Positions 56,472 through 64,000 of a stretch of 64,000 nucleotides of DNA are shown piece after piece; within the stretch, counting starts at the first letter, position 1, and each line of letters opens with the position of its first letter. Origin of the DNA: a virus. The translations under genes were made by a program, and so were the position numbers. Location: the IMG/VR virus record IMGVR_UViG_3300036884_000163, positions 8,950-72,949 of that record; one strand, 5' to 3'. The notes under the pieces are model-generated. The model saw only the letters and a list, made by a program, of their open reading frames with translations, was not told the DNA's origin and made no database searches.

Positions 56472-57233
56472 ATGTCTGATGCCTTTGAGAGTTCCCGGCG
56501 CAAGATCGCAAGGGCTGAAAAACACTTTGCCGATCTTAAGCGGGAAATCGACGAGTTCGAGCAATCCGACCCATACATGAGAGTGATTGAGCCGGACCCA
56601 AAGCATCTGGACCATCAAGTTCACAAGATCAAGCTGACTCAGCCCCTTCCAGTGTCCGTCGCCGATATTACTGGCGATATCGTGATAAACCTTCGCAGTG
56701 CTCTCGACAACGCTGGGTACGAGGTGGCGGTCGCGTCCGGCGTCGTCAATCCGAAAAACTCCGCTTTCCCTTTCGCCGGGAGCGTTGACAAAATGGCAAA
56801 TGCTCTCGGGAGGTCCAAGGATATACCTCAGCAAATCCAGTCTCTCTTTTGCGGGTTCCAGCCTTACCCAGGAGGGGATGATCTTCTTTGGGCGCTCAAC
56901 GAAATATGTAACACCGACAAACACAAAATGCTGATTCCCGTTGGGCACGCAATCTTCCCCACCCACCAAGCTGCTCATTGCGTTGGGTACATGAGCATTC
57001 CCGAACCCCATGTTTGGGACAGCAGAAAAAACGAGATGGAGCTTATTACCATCGGACCCGGTACAAAGTTCGACTACGAGTTCAATTTCCGCATCTTCGT
57101 AGCGTTTGGCGAAATCAAGGTTGTGGAAGGCAAGGAAGTCCTTAGAATCCTGTACAGAATGGGCTGCAAAATCCAAAGCCTCTTGATGGCTATTGAACTT
57201 GAGTCTCGCCGTCTCGGGTTTATCAAGGGATAA
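56472..57233 (+). CDS. IS1 passenger protein, possibly HEPN-like
   Basis: KIARAEKHF..NLRSALD..FPF..LNEICNTDKH; stop overlaps the right IR. Confidence 0.65.
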   Translation: MSDAFESSRRKIARAEKHFADLKREIDEFEQSDPYMRVIEPDPKHLDHQVHKIKLTQPLPVSVADITGDIVINLRSALDNAGYEVAVASGVVNPKNSAFPFAGSVDKMANALGRSKDIPQQIQSLFCGFQPYPGGDDLLWALNEICNTDKHKMLIPVGHAIFPTHQAAHCVGYMSIPEPHVWDSRKNEMELITIGPGTKFDYEFNFRIFVAFGEIKVVEGKEVLRILYRMGCKIQSLLMAIELESRRLGFIKG

Positions 57234-57253
57234 ATTCAAAGTAGCCCACTACC

Positions 57254-57301
57254 GCATCGCTGGATCATCCCGTTCCAAGAACTGTACTCAGGTGATCTCA
57301 T
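57254..57301 (-). pseudogene. N-terminal part of the HNH gene split by IS1
   Basis: Manual translation MRSPEYSSWNGMIQRC abuts the IS end. Confidence 0.8.
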
Positions 57302-57412
57302 TTTCTTAACTAAACAGAAACTGCATCCCAAAGCAAGCCGGAACCTCAGAAACTTGTGGATAACTCACACTTTATGCTTGCGGTTATAATGCTCTAGTGC
57401 TATGTTGCTGAT

Positions 57413-57592
57413 ATGGTCGCCTGCGCGGAACAAATCGCGTTCGTCCCGAGCGTTTTTGACCTCGGCCATGACTGCGTTCCCATCCCGGTCTTCACCGAGG
57501 GACACGACCTCGAAGCCCTGATCCTGTTGGGCACTCGCTGCCGCTGGTGCGGACGCGAAGTGCTCGCCAATCTCTCGCAGCTCAAATCCTAA
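57413..57592 (+). CDS. small Zn-ribbon-like protein (not in the ORF track)
   Basis: MVACAEQ...HDC...CRWCG...LKS; TATAAT at 57385. Confidence 0.45.
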   Translation: MVACAEQIAFVPSVFDLGHDCVPIPVFTEGHDLEALILLGTRCRWCGREVLANLSQLKS

Positions 57593-57667
57593 TTTCCGTT
57601 CGATCAACTAGCTACTTTGGGCAACAATTTACTTGACACACAAAGGTAGTTGATACACAATAGGGGT

Positions 57668-58624
57668 ATGGAAAACGAAGCCAAAACCCCTAAAACCCTG
57701 CAAGAAGCCATTGTATTCTTCTCCGATCCTGACCGCGCTTTGGCCTTCGCCATGATTCTGCGCTGGCCCGATGGCAAGATCACCTGCCCGCGTTGCGGCT
57801 TCGATCAGCACTCGTTTATTTCCAGCCGTCGCATCTGGTTCTGCAAGGGATGTAAGAAGCAGTTCACTATCAAGGTCGGGACGATCTTCGAGGATTCCCC
57901 GCTAGGCATGGACAAGTGGATGACCGCCGTTTGGCTGGTTGCGAATTGTAAGAATGGCGTGAGCAGCTACGAGATCGCCCGCGATCTGGGGATCACGCAA
58001 AAGTCGGCTTGGTTTATGATGCACCGCGTCCGCAACGCAATGCAATCCGGCTCATTCGGTAAGCTGTCCGGGGAGATAGAAGCAGACGAAACTTTCATCG
58101 GAGGCAAGTCCCGCAACATGCACGTTGCCCAGCGCCAGCGCCGAATCACTGGCACCGGCGGCAAAGATAAAACTGCGGTCATGGGCATCTTGCAGCGTGG
58201 CGGAGAGGTTCGTACCAAGGTGATCTCAAGCCGGAAGAAGAAGGAACTGCAATCTGAGGTTCGGAAGCATGTCGAAGCGGGATCGGCGCTCTACACCGAT
58301 GCGCTTATGTCCTACGAGGGGCTGGCAACCGACTACGCGCATCAAGTCGTAGACCATGCCGTTCAATACGTGAATGGTCGCGTTCACACGAACGGTCTTG
58401 AGAATTTCTGGTCGCTGTTCAAGCGGGGGATCGGCGGAACCTACGTCTCAGTTGAGCCGTTCCACTTGTTCCGATACTTGGATGAGCAAATGTTCCGCTA
58501 CAACAACCGCAAAGAAATGAACGATGCGGATAGATTCCAAGCTGTCATGGGTAACGTCACTGGGCGTCGGCTCACTTGGAGGGAACTGACTGGCAAGATG
58601 GAGGGCGGGACATGTGTTAACTGA
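57668..58624 (+). CDS. IS1595-family transposase
   Basis: RWPDG..CPRCG..CKGC Zn ribbon; EADETFIGG, LYTD, VHTNGLENFWS, YLDE..FRYN. Confidence 0.95.
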   Translation: MENEAKTPKTLQEAIVFFSDPDRALAFAMILRWPDGKITCPRCGFDQHSFISSRRIWFCKGCKKQFTIKVGTIFEDSPLGMDKWMTAVWLVANCKNGVSSYEIARDLGITQKSAWFMMHRVRNAMQSGSFGKLSGEIEADETFIGGKSRNMHVAQRQRRITGTGGKDKTAVMGILQRGGEVRTKVISSRKKKELQSEVRKHVEAGSALYTDALMSYEGLATDYAHQVVDHAVQYVNGRVHTNGLENFWSLFKRGIGGTYVSVEPFHLFRYLDEQMFRYNNRKEMNDADRFQAVMGNVTGRRLTWRELTGKMEGGTCVN

Positions 58625-58663
58625 GAAGGAAAAGCAGAGGCAAAAACGTGGGAGCAGGCAGGG

Positions 58664-58825
58664 TTAAATTCCGGCTTTCTTAATTTTCCGGTGAGTCGGC
58701 TTCGAGTCTTGTGATTCCGACTTCGGAACGCGGAACAGTGCTTTCATTGTTCGCGTGAAATTGTCGAATGCTTTCTGGCCTTCCTCGATTTCCAGCTTAC
58801 GCCGCGTATGCGGTTCTGATTTCAT
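58664..58825 (-). CDS. small convergent IS-associated protein (not in the ORF track)
   Basis: MKSEPHTRRKLEIEEGQKAFDNFTRTMKALFRVPKSE... Confidence 0.55.
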   Translation of the reverse strand: MKSEPHTRRKLEIEEGQKAFDNFTRTMKALFRVPKSESQDSKPTHRKIKKAGI

Positions 58826-58954
58826 TTCGTTCACCGATGGCCTATAATCCTAGCCGGATCATCCTGTTCATTCTTGGCGGAAGGTCTAGAGTGATCCCCT
58901 ATCTGCGAGCCCTCAATATATGTGTGACTACAGGTTAATCCTAGGGTACCATGG

Positions 58955-59758
58955 GTGGCCAAAATGTCGCAGCCAATTTTTTTCCGCGTAGGAACTGAGC
59001 GCCAAATCGATCTCTCCACGTTCGTGGATTCTGTCCGAGATTTTCTATACATCCTCAAAGATGTGGACGCCACCCTCTCTGAAAAATCCCATGGAAGCGT
59101 GAAATGGATGGTCGAAGTGCTAGAGAAGCCCGATGCTGCAGTAGTTGGCGTTTTACCCATCCCTCGCAAACCATTATTTGATCGAAGTTCTGCGGTGAAA
59201 TCGCAGGTGATTGAGAACACCAGCCTATTGTCTACAAAAGGTGAAAGAAACAAATTCTTTTCTGATGGTGCACTTTCGCATGTAGGTAAGCTGGCGAACC
59301 GAACGCCGAAAATTGGTCCGATGGCGATTTGGACGCCGCAAAACGGACGGCCAAAACAGGAGAGTGAAATTTCTCAAGCCACGCTCCGAAATGTCGAGGA
59401 ATTGACTGGCCCAAAGTATTCTGGCTTTGGCTCTGTTACTGGAAGTTTAGATGCGATTTCTGTTCACCGAGGAGCTGAATTTCGCATTTGGGACAAGGAA
59501 AGTGGAAAGCCAGTTCGATGCTTCTTTAAGCCTGATTTCGAGGGGAAGGTGAAGGATTCTCTTCGCAAGGTCGTGGTTGTAACTGGGGAAATGCTGATGA
59601 ACAGTGCAGGCAACCCACTTTCAATAAAGGTAGACGATTTAGAAGAGGCTCCACCAAGAGCCGATCTGGTACCAATACAGAGTCTGTCAGGAATTATCAA
59701 GGATTTCACTGGCGGGGTGTCTTTGAAGAAATACCTAGAGGAATCTGCCGATGAGTGA
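58955..59758 (+). CDS. PIN-associated protein with OB-fold-like C-terminus (putative antitoxin/partner)
   Basis: Overlaps the PIN gene by 8 nt; GSVTGSL..FRIWD..VRCFF..VVVTG beta pattern. Confidence 0.6.
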   Translation: MAKMSQPIFFRVGTERQIDLSTFVDSVRDFLYILKDVDATLSEKSHGSVKWMVEVLEKPDAAVVGVLPIPRKPLFDRSSAVKSQVIENTSLLSTKGERNKFFSDGALSHVGKLANRTPKIGPMAIWTPQNGRPKQESEISQATLRNVEELTGPKYSGFGSVTGSLDAISVHRGAEFRIWDKESGKPVRCFFKPDFEGKVKDSLRKVVVVTGEMLMNSAGNPLSIKVDDLEEAPPRADLVPIQSLSGIIKDFTGGVSLKKYLEESADE

Positions 59759-60362
59759 TTTCCGTAAACTATATTGGGATACGACATGTTTTATTTGTTT
59801 TCTCAACGATAGCGACCATGAGAGGGAGCGGCACTATATCTGTGAAGATATACTCCAGCACTCCGCAAACGGTACTGCTGAAATTTGGACCTCATCCTTC
59901 ACCATCGCAGAAGTGATACGCCCACGAGACAAGTTCATCGCGAAGCCACTTCCAAGCTGGACCGATGCGGTATTGGAGAAATTCCCACAAGTGGAAATCC
60001 CTCTTCGGAATTTATGGAACTTCCACATCCAAAGGACGCGACCGACACGTCTGCTCACGAAAAAAGAGATGGATGGAATAAGCCAACTTCTACATCCTGA
60101 CCGAATACACACGATTAAACTTGATGATCGGATCGCTGCATCGGCAGTTGAGATTTCTCGCAATTATGGACTCAAACCTGCCGATGCGATTCATGCGGCC
60201 TCAGCCATAGACCTGCACAAGCGTAAGAAAGTTGAGGTGCTTCAGCACTGGGATAAGGACTACGACAAACTTAAGGATTTGATTCCGGTGGAATTTCCAA
60301 CCAGAATTTCACCACAACATGCCTTCAAGGAATTTATTAAACCGTTGGGTGAGTCTGGATAA
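59751..60362 (+). CDS. PIN-domain (VapC-like) ribonuclease
   Basis: Acidic tetrad YWDT, IAEV, PADAIHAASA, WDKD. Confidence 0.85.
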   Translation: MSDFRKLYWDTTCFICFLNDSDHERERHYICEDILQHSANGTAEIWTSSFTIAEVIRPRDKFIAKPLPSWTDAVLEKFPQVEIPLRNLWNFHIQRTRPTRLLTKKEMDGISQLLHPDRIHTIKLDDRIAASAVEISRNYGLKPADAIHAASAIDLHKRKKVEVLQHWDKDYDKLKDLIPVEFPTRISPQHAFKEFIKPLGESG

Positions 60363-60372
60363 TTTGGGGAAG

Positions 60373-60489
60373 TGGTCGGGATACCGGGAATTGAACCCGG
60401 ACGGGTTGCCCCAGCAGTTTGGCTAGCGGCCCTTCGCCTTATAAGGACAGCTAACAAACTGCCGCGTCTGCCAATTCCGCCATATCCCG
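60373..60489 (-). ncRNA. tRNA-Leu-like RNA with a 39-nt anticodon loop region (117 nt)
   Basis: Acceptor CGGGATA/TATCCCG-A-CCA, D-arm GCGGAATTGGCAGACGC, anticodon stem GCAGT/ACTGC, variable arm GGG-GCAA-CCC, T-arm CCGGG-TTCAATT-CCCGG; TAGAAT -10 at 60503-60498. Confidence 0.85.
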
Positions 60490-60575
60490 ATCTCTTAATT
60501 CTACCTCACTTGTTCTGGGGGAGGATAACTAACCTATTTTCGGTATCAGGGTTGTGCGTCAAGTAAGTTGTTGCC

Positions 60576-60727
60576 CTACTTTGGTGCTTTCTATCTTTTT
60601 GCTTGGCCCAGCGGACCTGGGCCGCATGGCGGGCACTCTCTTTGCGCTGTTTAGGCGTCAATTTCTTGTTCGTCGCTTCGGCGCCGCGCCGACCGATCTT
60701 CGCGAGATAATCTCGAACCGTTTCCAT
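60576..60727 (-). CDS. small basic protein hit by IS1595 in its last codons
   Basis: METVRDYLAKIGRRGAEATNKKLTPKQRKESARHAAQVRW; the original stop is restored at 57608-57610 when the IS is removed; now reads through to 60506. Confidence 0.65.
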
Positions 60728-60863
60728 CACCGTCAGTGTACACCCATCACTCATTAGATGCGCGGCGGGTGCGTTAAACCAATGATAAATAGGGGAATAT
60801 AGTCGCCGACCGGCTGCGAGCCGAGCGGAAAGCTGCCCGCGGCGCCAGAAAGTTTGGAAAGCG

Positions 60864-61127
60864 ATGAGCAAAAACGAAGCGATGAAACGCATGCTCCAAG
60901 GGCTAGTGGCGGCCAAGATTGATTCGCGTCCAGGCGCCCGGTCGCTGTTGCTGGGCAAGCCGCGCCCCGCGCCGCGCATGTGCATGGAAATGCAGCAAGA
61001 AGAGCCGCTCTGCGATTGCGGAAATGACGCCTGCTATCCAGAAGACAACCCGAAGCGCTGCCAGAATTGTTACGACGCTTGGCTTGAAGACCCTGACGAA
61101 CGAATCTACGAAGAAAGAGATTTATGA
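60864..61127 (+). CDS. small Cys-rich hypothetical protein
   Basis: CDCG...CQNC. Confidence 0.5.
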   Translation: MSKNEAMKRMLQGLVAAKIDSRPGARSLLLGKPRPAPRMCMEMQQEEPLCDCGNDACYPEDNPKRCQNCYDAWLEDPDERIYEERDL

Positions 61128-61363
61128 GTCACCTCTGCCGCATTCCTCCGTTACCGTGTCCTCCTGCCGAACTCCTGTCCCTGCTCGAAGACTTCGACGG
61201 CGACTGGGAAGCAGTCCGGGGCATCTGTCTCTGGAAAATCTGCGACGGGGAGAACGTCAAGCATTGGCTGCAGGTGCTCAATCTCGTCGGCCAGGGCTTT
61301 CTCGTCGGCAATCCCGCCGCATACCTGGTTCTGCCACAAGCGGGTGAGATCCACACCTGCTGA
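61124..61363 (+). CDS. hypothetical protein
   Basis: ATGA-coupled ORF. Confidence 0.5.
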   Translation: MSHLCRIPPLPCPPAELLSLLEDFDGDWEAVRGICLWKICDGENVKHWLQVLNLVGQGFLVGNPAAYLVLPQAGEIHTC

Positions 61364-61373
61364 TGGGCTGACG

Positions 61374-61843
61374 TCACTGCTTCCCCTTTCGATCCGCCAC
61401 TTCCGCGGCTTGACGTTTTAGCTTCGCTCTGGCATCTGGGTCCGCTTCTGGCATTCGTCGTGACTGGATCTTGGGTAGCGCACTGGCTCGATTCGCCGCT
61501 CGCGCTTCCTCGCGCTCAATGGCTTCCTCTCTCTGGCGTTTGGTTTCTAGTCGCTCGATGATCTCAATTTTCCGCCGGCGCACCAACGTCACAATCTCTG
61601 AGATGGCGGGGAAAAATTCAGACGTCTCTCGCCACTGCCGGAATGCCCACTGAATCACGTCAGGTCTCTCGCCCGCAAACCTACGACTGAACTCAGCCGT
61701 CAGTTCGCTTTCCGGTTCCGACTTCGAGTTCAGTGCCGACAAGTGCATTTCGACGGCGATTGTCTGCTGCGATGCCGTCAAGAATGTTCCGCTTGCTACG
61801 CTCAGACCGTGCGGCTGATGGGCTAACTGCTGGCTGTTTTCCA
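61374..61843 (-). CDS. putative helicase loader (lambda P-like position); start uncertain
   Basis: Follows the initiator; AF..W...SEFFPAISEI motif. Confidence 0.5.
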
Positions 61844-62559
61844 TTGTTTTTTGCCTTTCGATTCTCAGCGCGATAGAGCGCATCCTGAAAGAAGAAACGA
61901 TTAATTGGATAGCCTTCACACTTCGCTTGGAGCGTGCTCTCTAGAACGAACTTATAGGCCTCGGGGAGACTCTTCCCGGCGCGATGCTCGGCTTCGACAG
62001 CGGACCCGACGTAACCCAAACTGTCACGGGTTATAGGGAAGGCGATAGCTTCTAGGATTGCACCGGCGTATTGGTTTGGATGGAGATCATCAGGCACTTC
62101 GCCGTCAAGAATTCTAGACTCAATCTTTTCTTTAGAATCAGAATCTAAATCAGAGTCATAATAAGAATCAGAGTCAGAGTCAGACGTCTCTTCCTCATGC
62201 TTTGCATCTGCATTGTATGTGCTATACTCATGCTTTACAGGTGCCCAACGCTTCTGTCCGGCTCTAACTCTTTTATTATGTGATGCCACTACCCTGGCGA
62301 TTTCTTTATCGAGTCGCTCATTTCGATAGACCCCAGAGTTAAGAACGAAGAATTCACGCAATACTGCATCTACGTTGCTCCTACTTTGCTCATTTAATGC
62401 TCGTGCAATGCAATAGCATTGCTCAACTGCACCAGGTACCTCACCCTTCTGCCAGTAGTGCATGAGTAGAAGGAGGTAAGCTCCGTGCTGACCTTGGCTG
62501 AGATGCGACGTGTCGCCAAGGTAGTCTCCAACATAGAGCGGCATCCAGGCTTTACTCAT
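61693..62559 (-). CDS. DUF1376 (YdaU-like) phage replication initiator
   Basis: WMPLYVGDYLGDTSHLS..QHGAYLLLLMHYW...NERLDKE; SDSDSD linker. Confidence 0.88.
   Translation of the reverse strand: MSKAWMPLYVGDYLGDTSHLSQGQHGAYLLLLMHYWQKGEVPGAVEQCYCIARALNEQSRSNVDAVLREFFVLNSGVYRNERLDKEIARVVASHNKRVRAGQKRWAPVKHEYSTYNADAKHEEETSDSDSDSYYDSDLDSDSKEKIESRILDGEVPDDLHPNQYAGAILEAIAFPITRDSLGYVGSAVEAEHRAGKSLPEAYKFVLESTLQAKCEGYPINRFFFQDALYRAENRKAKNNGKQPAVSPSAARSERSKRNILDGIAADNRRRNALVGTELEVGTGKRTDG
62197..62424. repeat. two arrays of 11-bp-phased NTGCNN repeats (probable origin iterons)
   Basis: Units start at 62197/208/219/230/241 and 62364/375/386/397/408/419. Confidence 0.6.
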
Positions 62560-62942
62560 GCCGCACCGCCGACCTCGTGAATAAACCTCAGCAAGCCGAG
62601 AAAATGTTTAGTTTCACAGCTTTGGCAGAGGTCGTGATACTGGTTCCACGTCTTCCGGTGACAATCTAGGCACAGGTGTGATGGCAGATCTCGAAAGTCT
62701 GACCGTCCGAAGGTCTCGATATCGTGGCAACGCCGACATAGTGCCACAAGGTCTGACGCAAGTTCGCAGCCAAGATTGGCGTAGCTAAGATGGTGGACGT
62801 GCAGATCTTGATCGTAGGCTATATTGGCGAGCCAGCGAGGCATCTGGCACTCAGCACACCAGTTATGCGTGGCGAGGTATTCCCGGCGACGCTGCTGCCA
62901 AGGCTCGGAAGCGATGTAGGAGCGGTATTCGGTCTTCGACAA
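62556..62942 (-). CDS. HNH-like endonuclease
   Basis: YIASEPWQQRR..CAEC..LHVHHLSY..LVALCRRCH. Confidence 0.8.
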   Translation of the reverse strand: MSKTEYRSYIASEPWQQRRREYLATHNWCAECQMPRWLANIAYDQDLHVHHLSYANLGCELASDLVALCRRCHDIETFGRSDFRDLPSHLCLDCHRKTWNQYHDLCQSCETKHFLGLLRFIHEVGGAA

Positions 62943-62977
62943 ATCGAATCGTTTTCTGAAGGGTTACGGAGGACATT

Positions 62978-63060
62978 ACCCTAGCAGATTCCAAGGAAGG
63001 TTGTCAAGATGGAAAAATAATTTATTTTGTGCTTGACACTTCCCATAATGGGTATATATT
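62978..63060. promoter_or_regulatory. back-to-back divergent sigma70 promoters
   Basis: Minus: TTGACA (63007-63002)...TAGGGT. Plus: TTGACA (63033)...TATATT (63055) with a CCCATAATGGG palindrome; AT-rich spacer between them. Confidence 0.7.
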
Positions 63061-63067
63061 GGGTGCC

Positions 63068-63253
63068 ATGAAGGCAGAAGCAAAAGTCCGATTCGATCTA
63101 AAAGATTACGCACTGATCAAGAAAGCCGCCAAGGCCGAGCATCGCAGTCTCAGTCAATTCGTTGCTCTTTCTGCCGTAGATGCCGCGAAGGCGGCGTTGG
63201 CAGTTCAGAAGTTCCCTCCATCCTCGGCCTCTCCTCAGGAGGCCGTCTCGTGA
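63068..63253 (+). CDS. ribbon-helix-helix (DUF1778/Arc-like) regulator
   Basis: VRFDLKDYALIKKAAKAEHRSLSQFV. Confidence 0.7.
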   Translation: MKAEAKVRFDLKDYALIKKAAKAEHRSLSQFVALSAVDAAKAALAVQKFPPSSASPQEAVS

Positions 63254-63511
63254 ACTCCCTGCCAAAACTCAGCGGAAACATAGGCGTGGCCGATAACGCG
63301 CTGTGGGAAAACTATCCTCGTAAGTCGTTCATTCAACGGATATTATGTCGCCCGTTTGAAAGGGCCTTTCCTGCCCGTTTCAGTCATGTTTTACCGGGCG
63401 GCGTCCTAAACGTCAGATTATGTGAAGTTGGCGACGCGATAGTAAGCATCGGTTTCTGCCCAGTTGCGGCTATCCTGAATTCCCCCGCTCCCCAGAAAGC
63501 GCTGGTTCCCA

Positions 63512-63844
63512 GTGCTCACCCTGACAACCGAAGGAATTCTCGATTACCTCTCGTGGGCCAAATCTCAAGAGGAAGATCCATGGCTGCAGGACGACTTGCA
63601 GATTGCGTGGCTGACCGTCCTCTGGGCAAGCCGAGGGCATGCGCACCCGGACGTTCTGGCAACACAGCTGACTCTCGGACTTGCTCCCGACAAAGTATGG
63701 CCGGAAATCGTCGCGCGGCGCCGGGCGAAACTCGGGCCACTCTACGACCAATTCTATCCCGAAATGGCTTCCCTCCCCCCGAAGAAGCCAGTCGCGAGGC
63801 AATCCAATGAAGATGACAGCCGAAGAGTTAAAACAGGTTCTTGA
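63512..63844 (+). CDS. hypothetical protein
   Basis: Helical ORF ending LPPKKPV; start uncertain. Confidence 0.45.
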   Translation: MLTLTTEGILDYLSWAKSQEEDPWLQDDLQIAWLTVLWASRGHAHPDVLATQLTLGLAPDKVWPEIVARRRAKLGPLYDQFYPEMASLPPKKPVARQSNEDDSRRVKTGS

Positions 63845-64000
63845 CCTCCACGCCGCATGGCTCGGCAATAGTGAAAAGGGTAGCAGGGCCTATCTCAGCG
63901 AGGCCAATCTCAGGGGGGCCAATCTCAGGGGGGCCAATCTCAGCGAGGCCTATCTCAGGGGGGCCAATCTCAGCGAGGCCTATCTCGGCGGGGCCAATCT
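63807..64000 (+). CDS. pentapeptide repeat protein (runs off the window)
   Basis: MKMTAEELKQVLDLHAAWL..G.RAYLSEANLRGANL; 15-bp repeats. Confidence 0.9.
   Translation, partial: MKMTAEELKQVLDLHAAWLGNSEKGSRAYLSEANLRGANLRGANLSEAYLRGANLSEAYLGGAN

Larger units (their letters stand above)
54928..57253 (+). mobile_element. IS1-family element with passenger genes (2326 bp)
   Basis: Perfect 22-bp terminal IRs GGTAGTGGGCTACTTTGAATTT (54928-54949, 57232-57253); no TSD. Confidence 0.9.
57620..60575 (+). mobile_element. IS1595-family element with passengers (2956 bp)
   Basis: 24-bp IRs GGCAACAA(T/C)TTACTTGAC(A/G)CACAA at 57620-57643 and 60552-60575; 8-bp TSD CTACTTTG at 57612-57619 and 60576-60583. Confidence 0.92.

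Noticed and set aside
55601-57239. Long minus ORFs inside IS1
   Set aside because: Antisense shadows of the transposase and passenger
60419-60457. Group I or bulge-helix-bulge tRNA intron
   Set aside because: 32 nt is far too short for a group I intron and no clear BHB motif is visible; splicing remains untested
57379-60807. Outer IS1595-like inverted repeat (GCGGTTATAAT / GCGACTATATT)
   Set aside because: Poor match and no TSD; the inner IRs with an 8-bp TSD fully explain the element
63884-64000. 15-bp tandem repeats as CRISPR or VNTR
   Set aside because: They encode pentapeptide repeats; no spacers or cas genes
1-64000. Prophage att sites, integrase or host flanks
   Set aside because: None recognised; both window ends are still phage early genes

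Overview
The window is almost entirely one tailed-phage or prophage genome with a podovirus-type structural module. The host is probably Acidobacteriota; this is an inference from the LuxR-like protein and the style of the secreted proteins. Early and accessory genes lie on + at 1-6.3 kb and from 63 kb onward. A long minus-strand late region (about 54.4 kb down to 6.3 kb) runs: HNH, cold-shock protein, giant fibre/beta-helix proteins, lysis genes (M15 endolysin), tandem LuxR regulator, small basic proteins, papain-like C1 peptidase, portal, scaffold, major capsid, adaptor, nozzle, ejection proteins, TerS, TerL. A DUF1376 replication initiator with 11-bp-phased iterons is at 61.7-62.6 kb. Two cargo-carrying insertion sequences are delimited from the sequence. 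An IS1-family element (54928-57253) split an HNH gene and removed about 100 bp of it. An IS1595-family element (57620-60575, 8-bp TSD) carries an OB-like/PIN gene pair and a tRNA-Leu-like gene whose anticodon loop is replaced by a 39-nt hairpin. The top candidates for novelty are (1) that PIN + tRNA-mimic cassette, (2) about ten late proteins, including an apparent tail fibre, with Sec-type signal peptides, and (3) a duplicated three-hairpin leader in front of two late transcription units. All family assignments come from motif recognition by eye; no database search was run.
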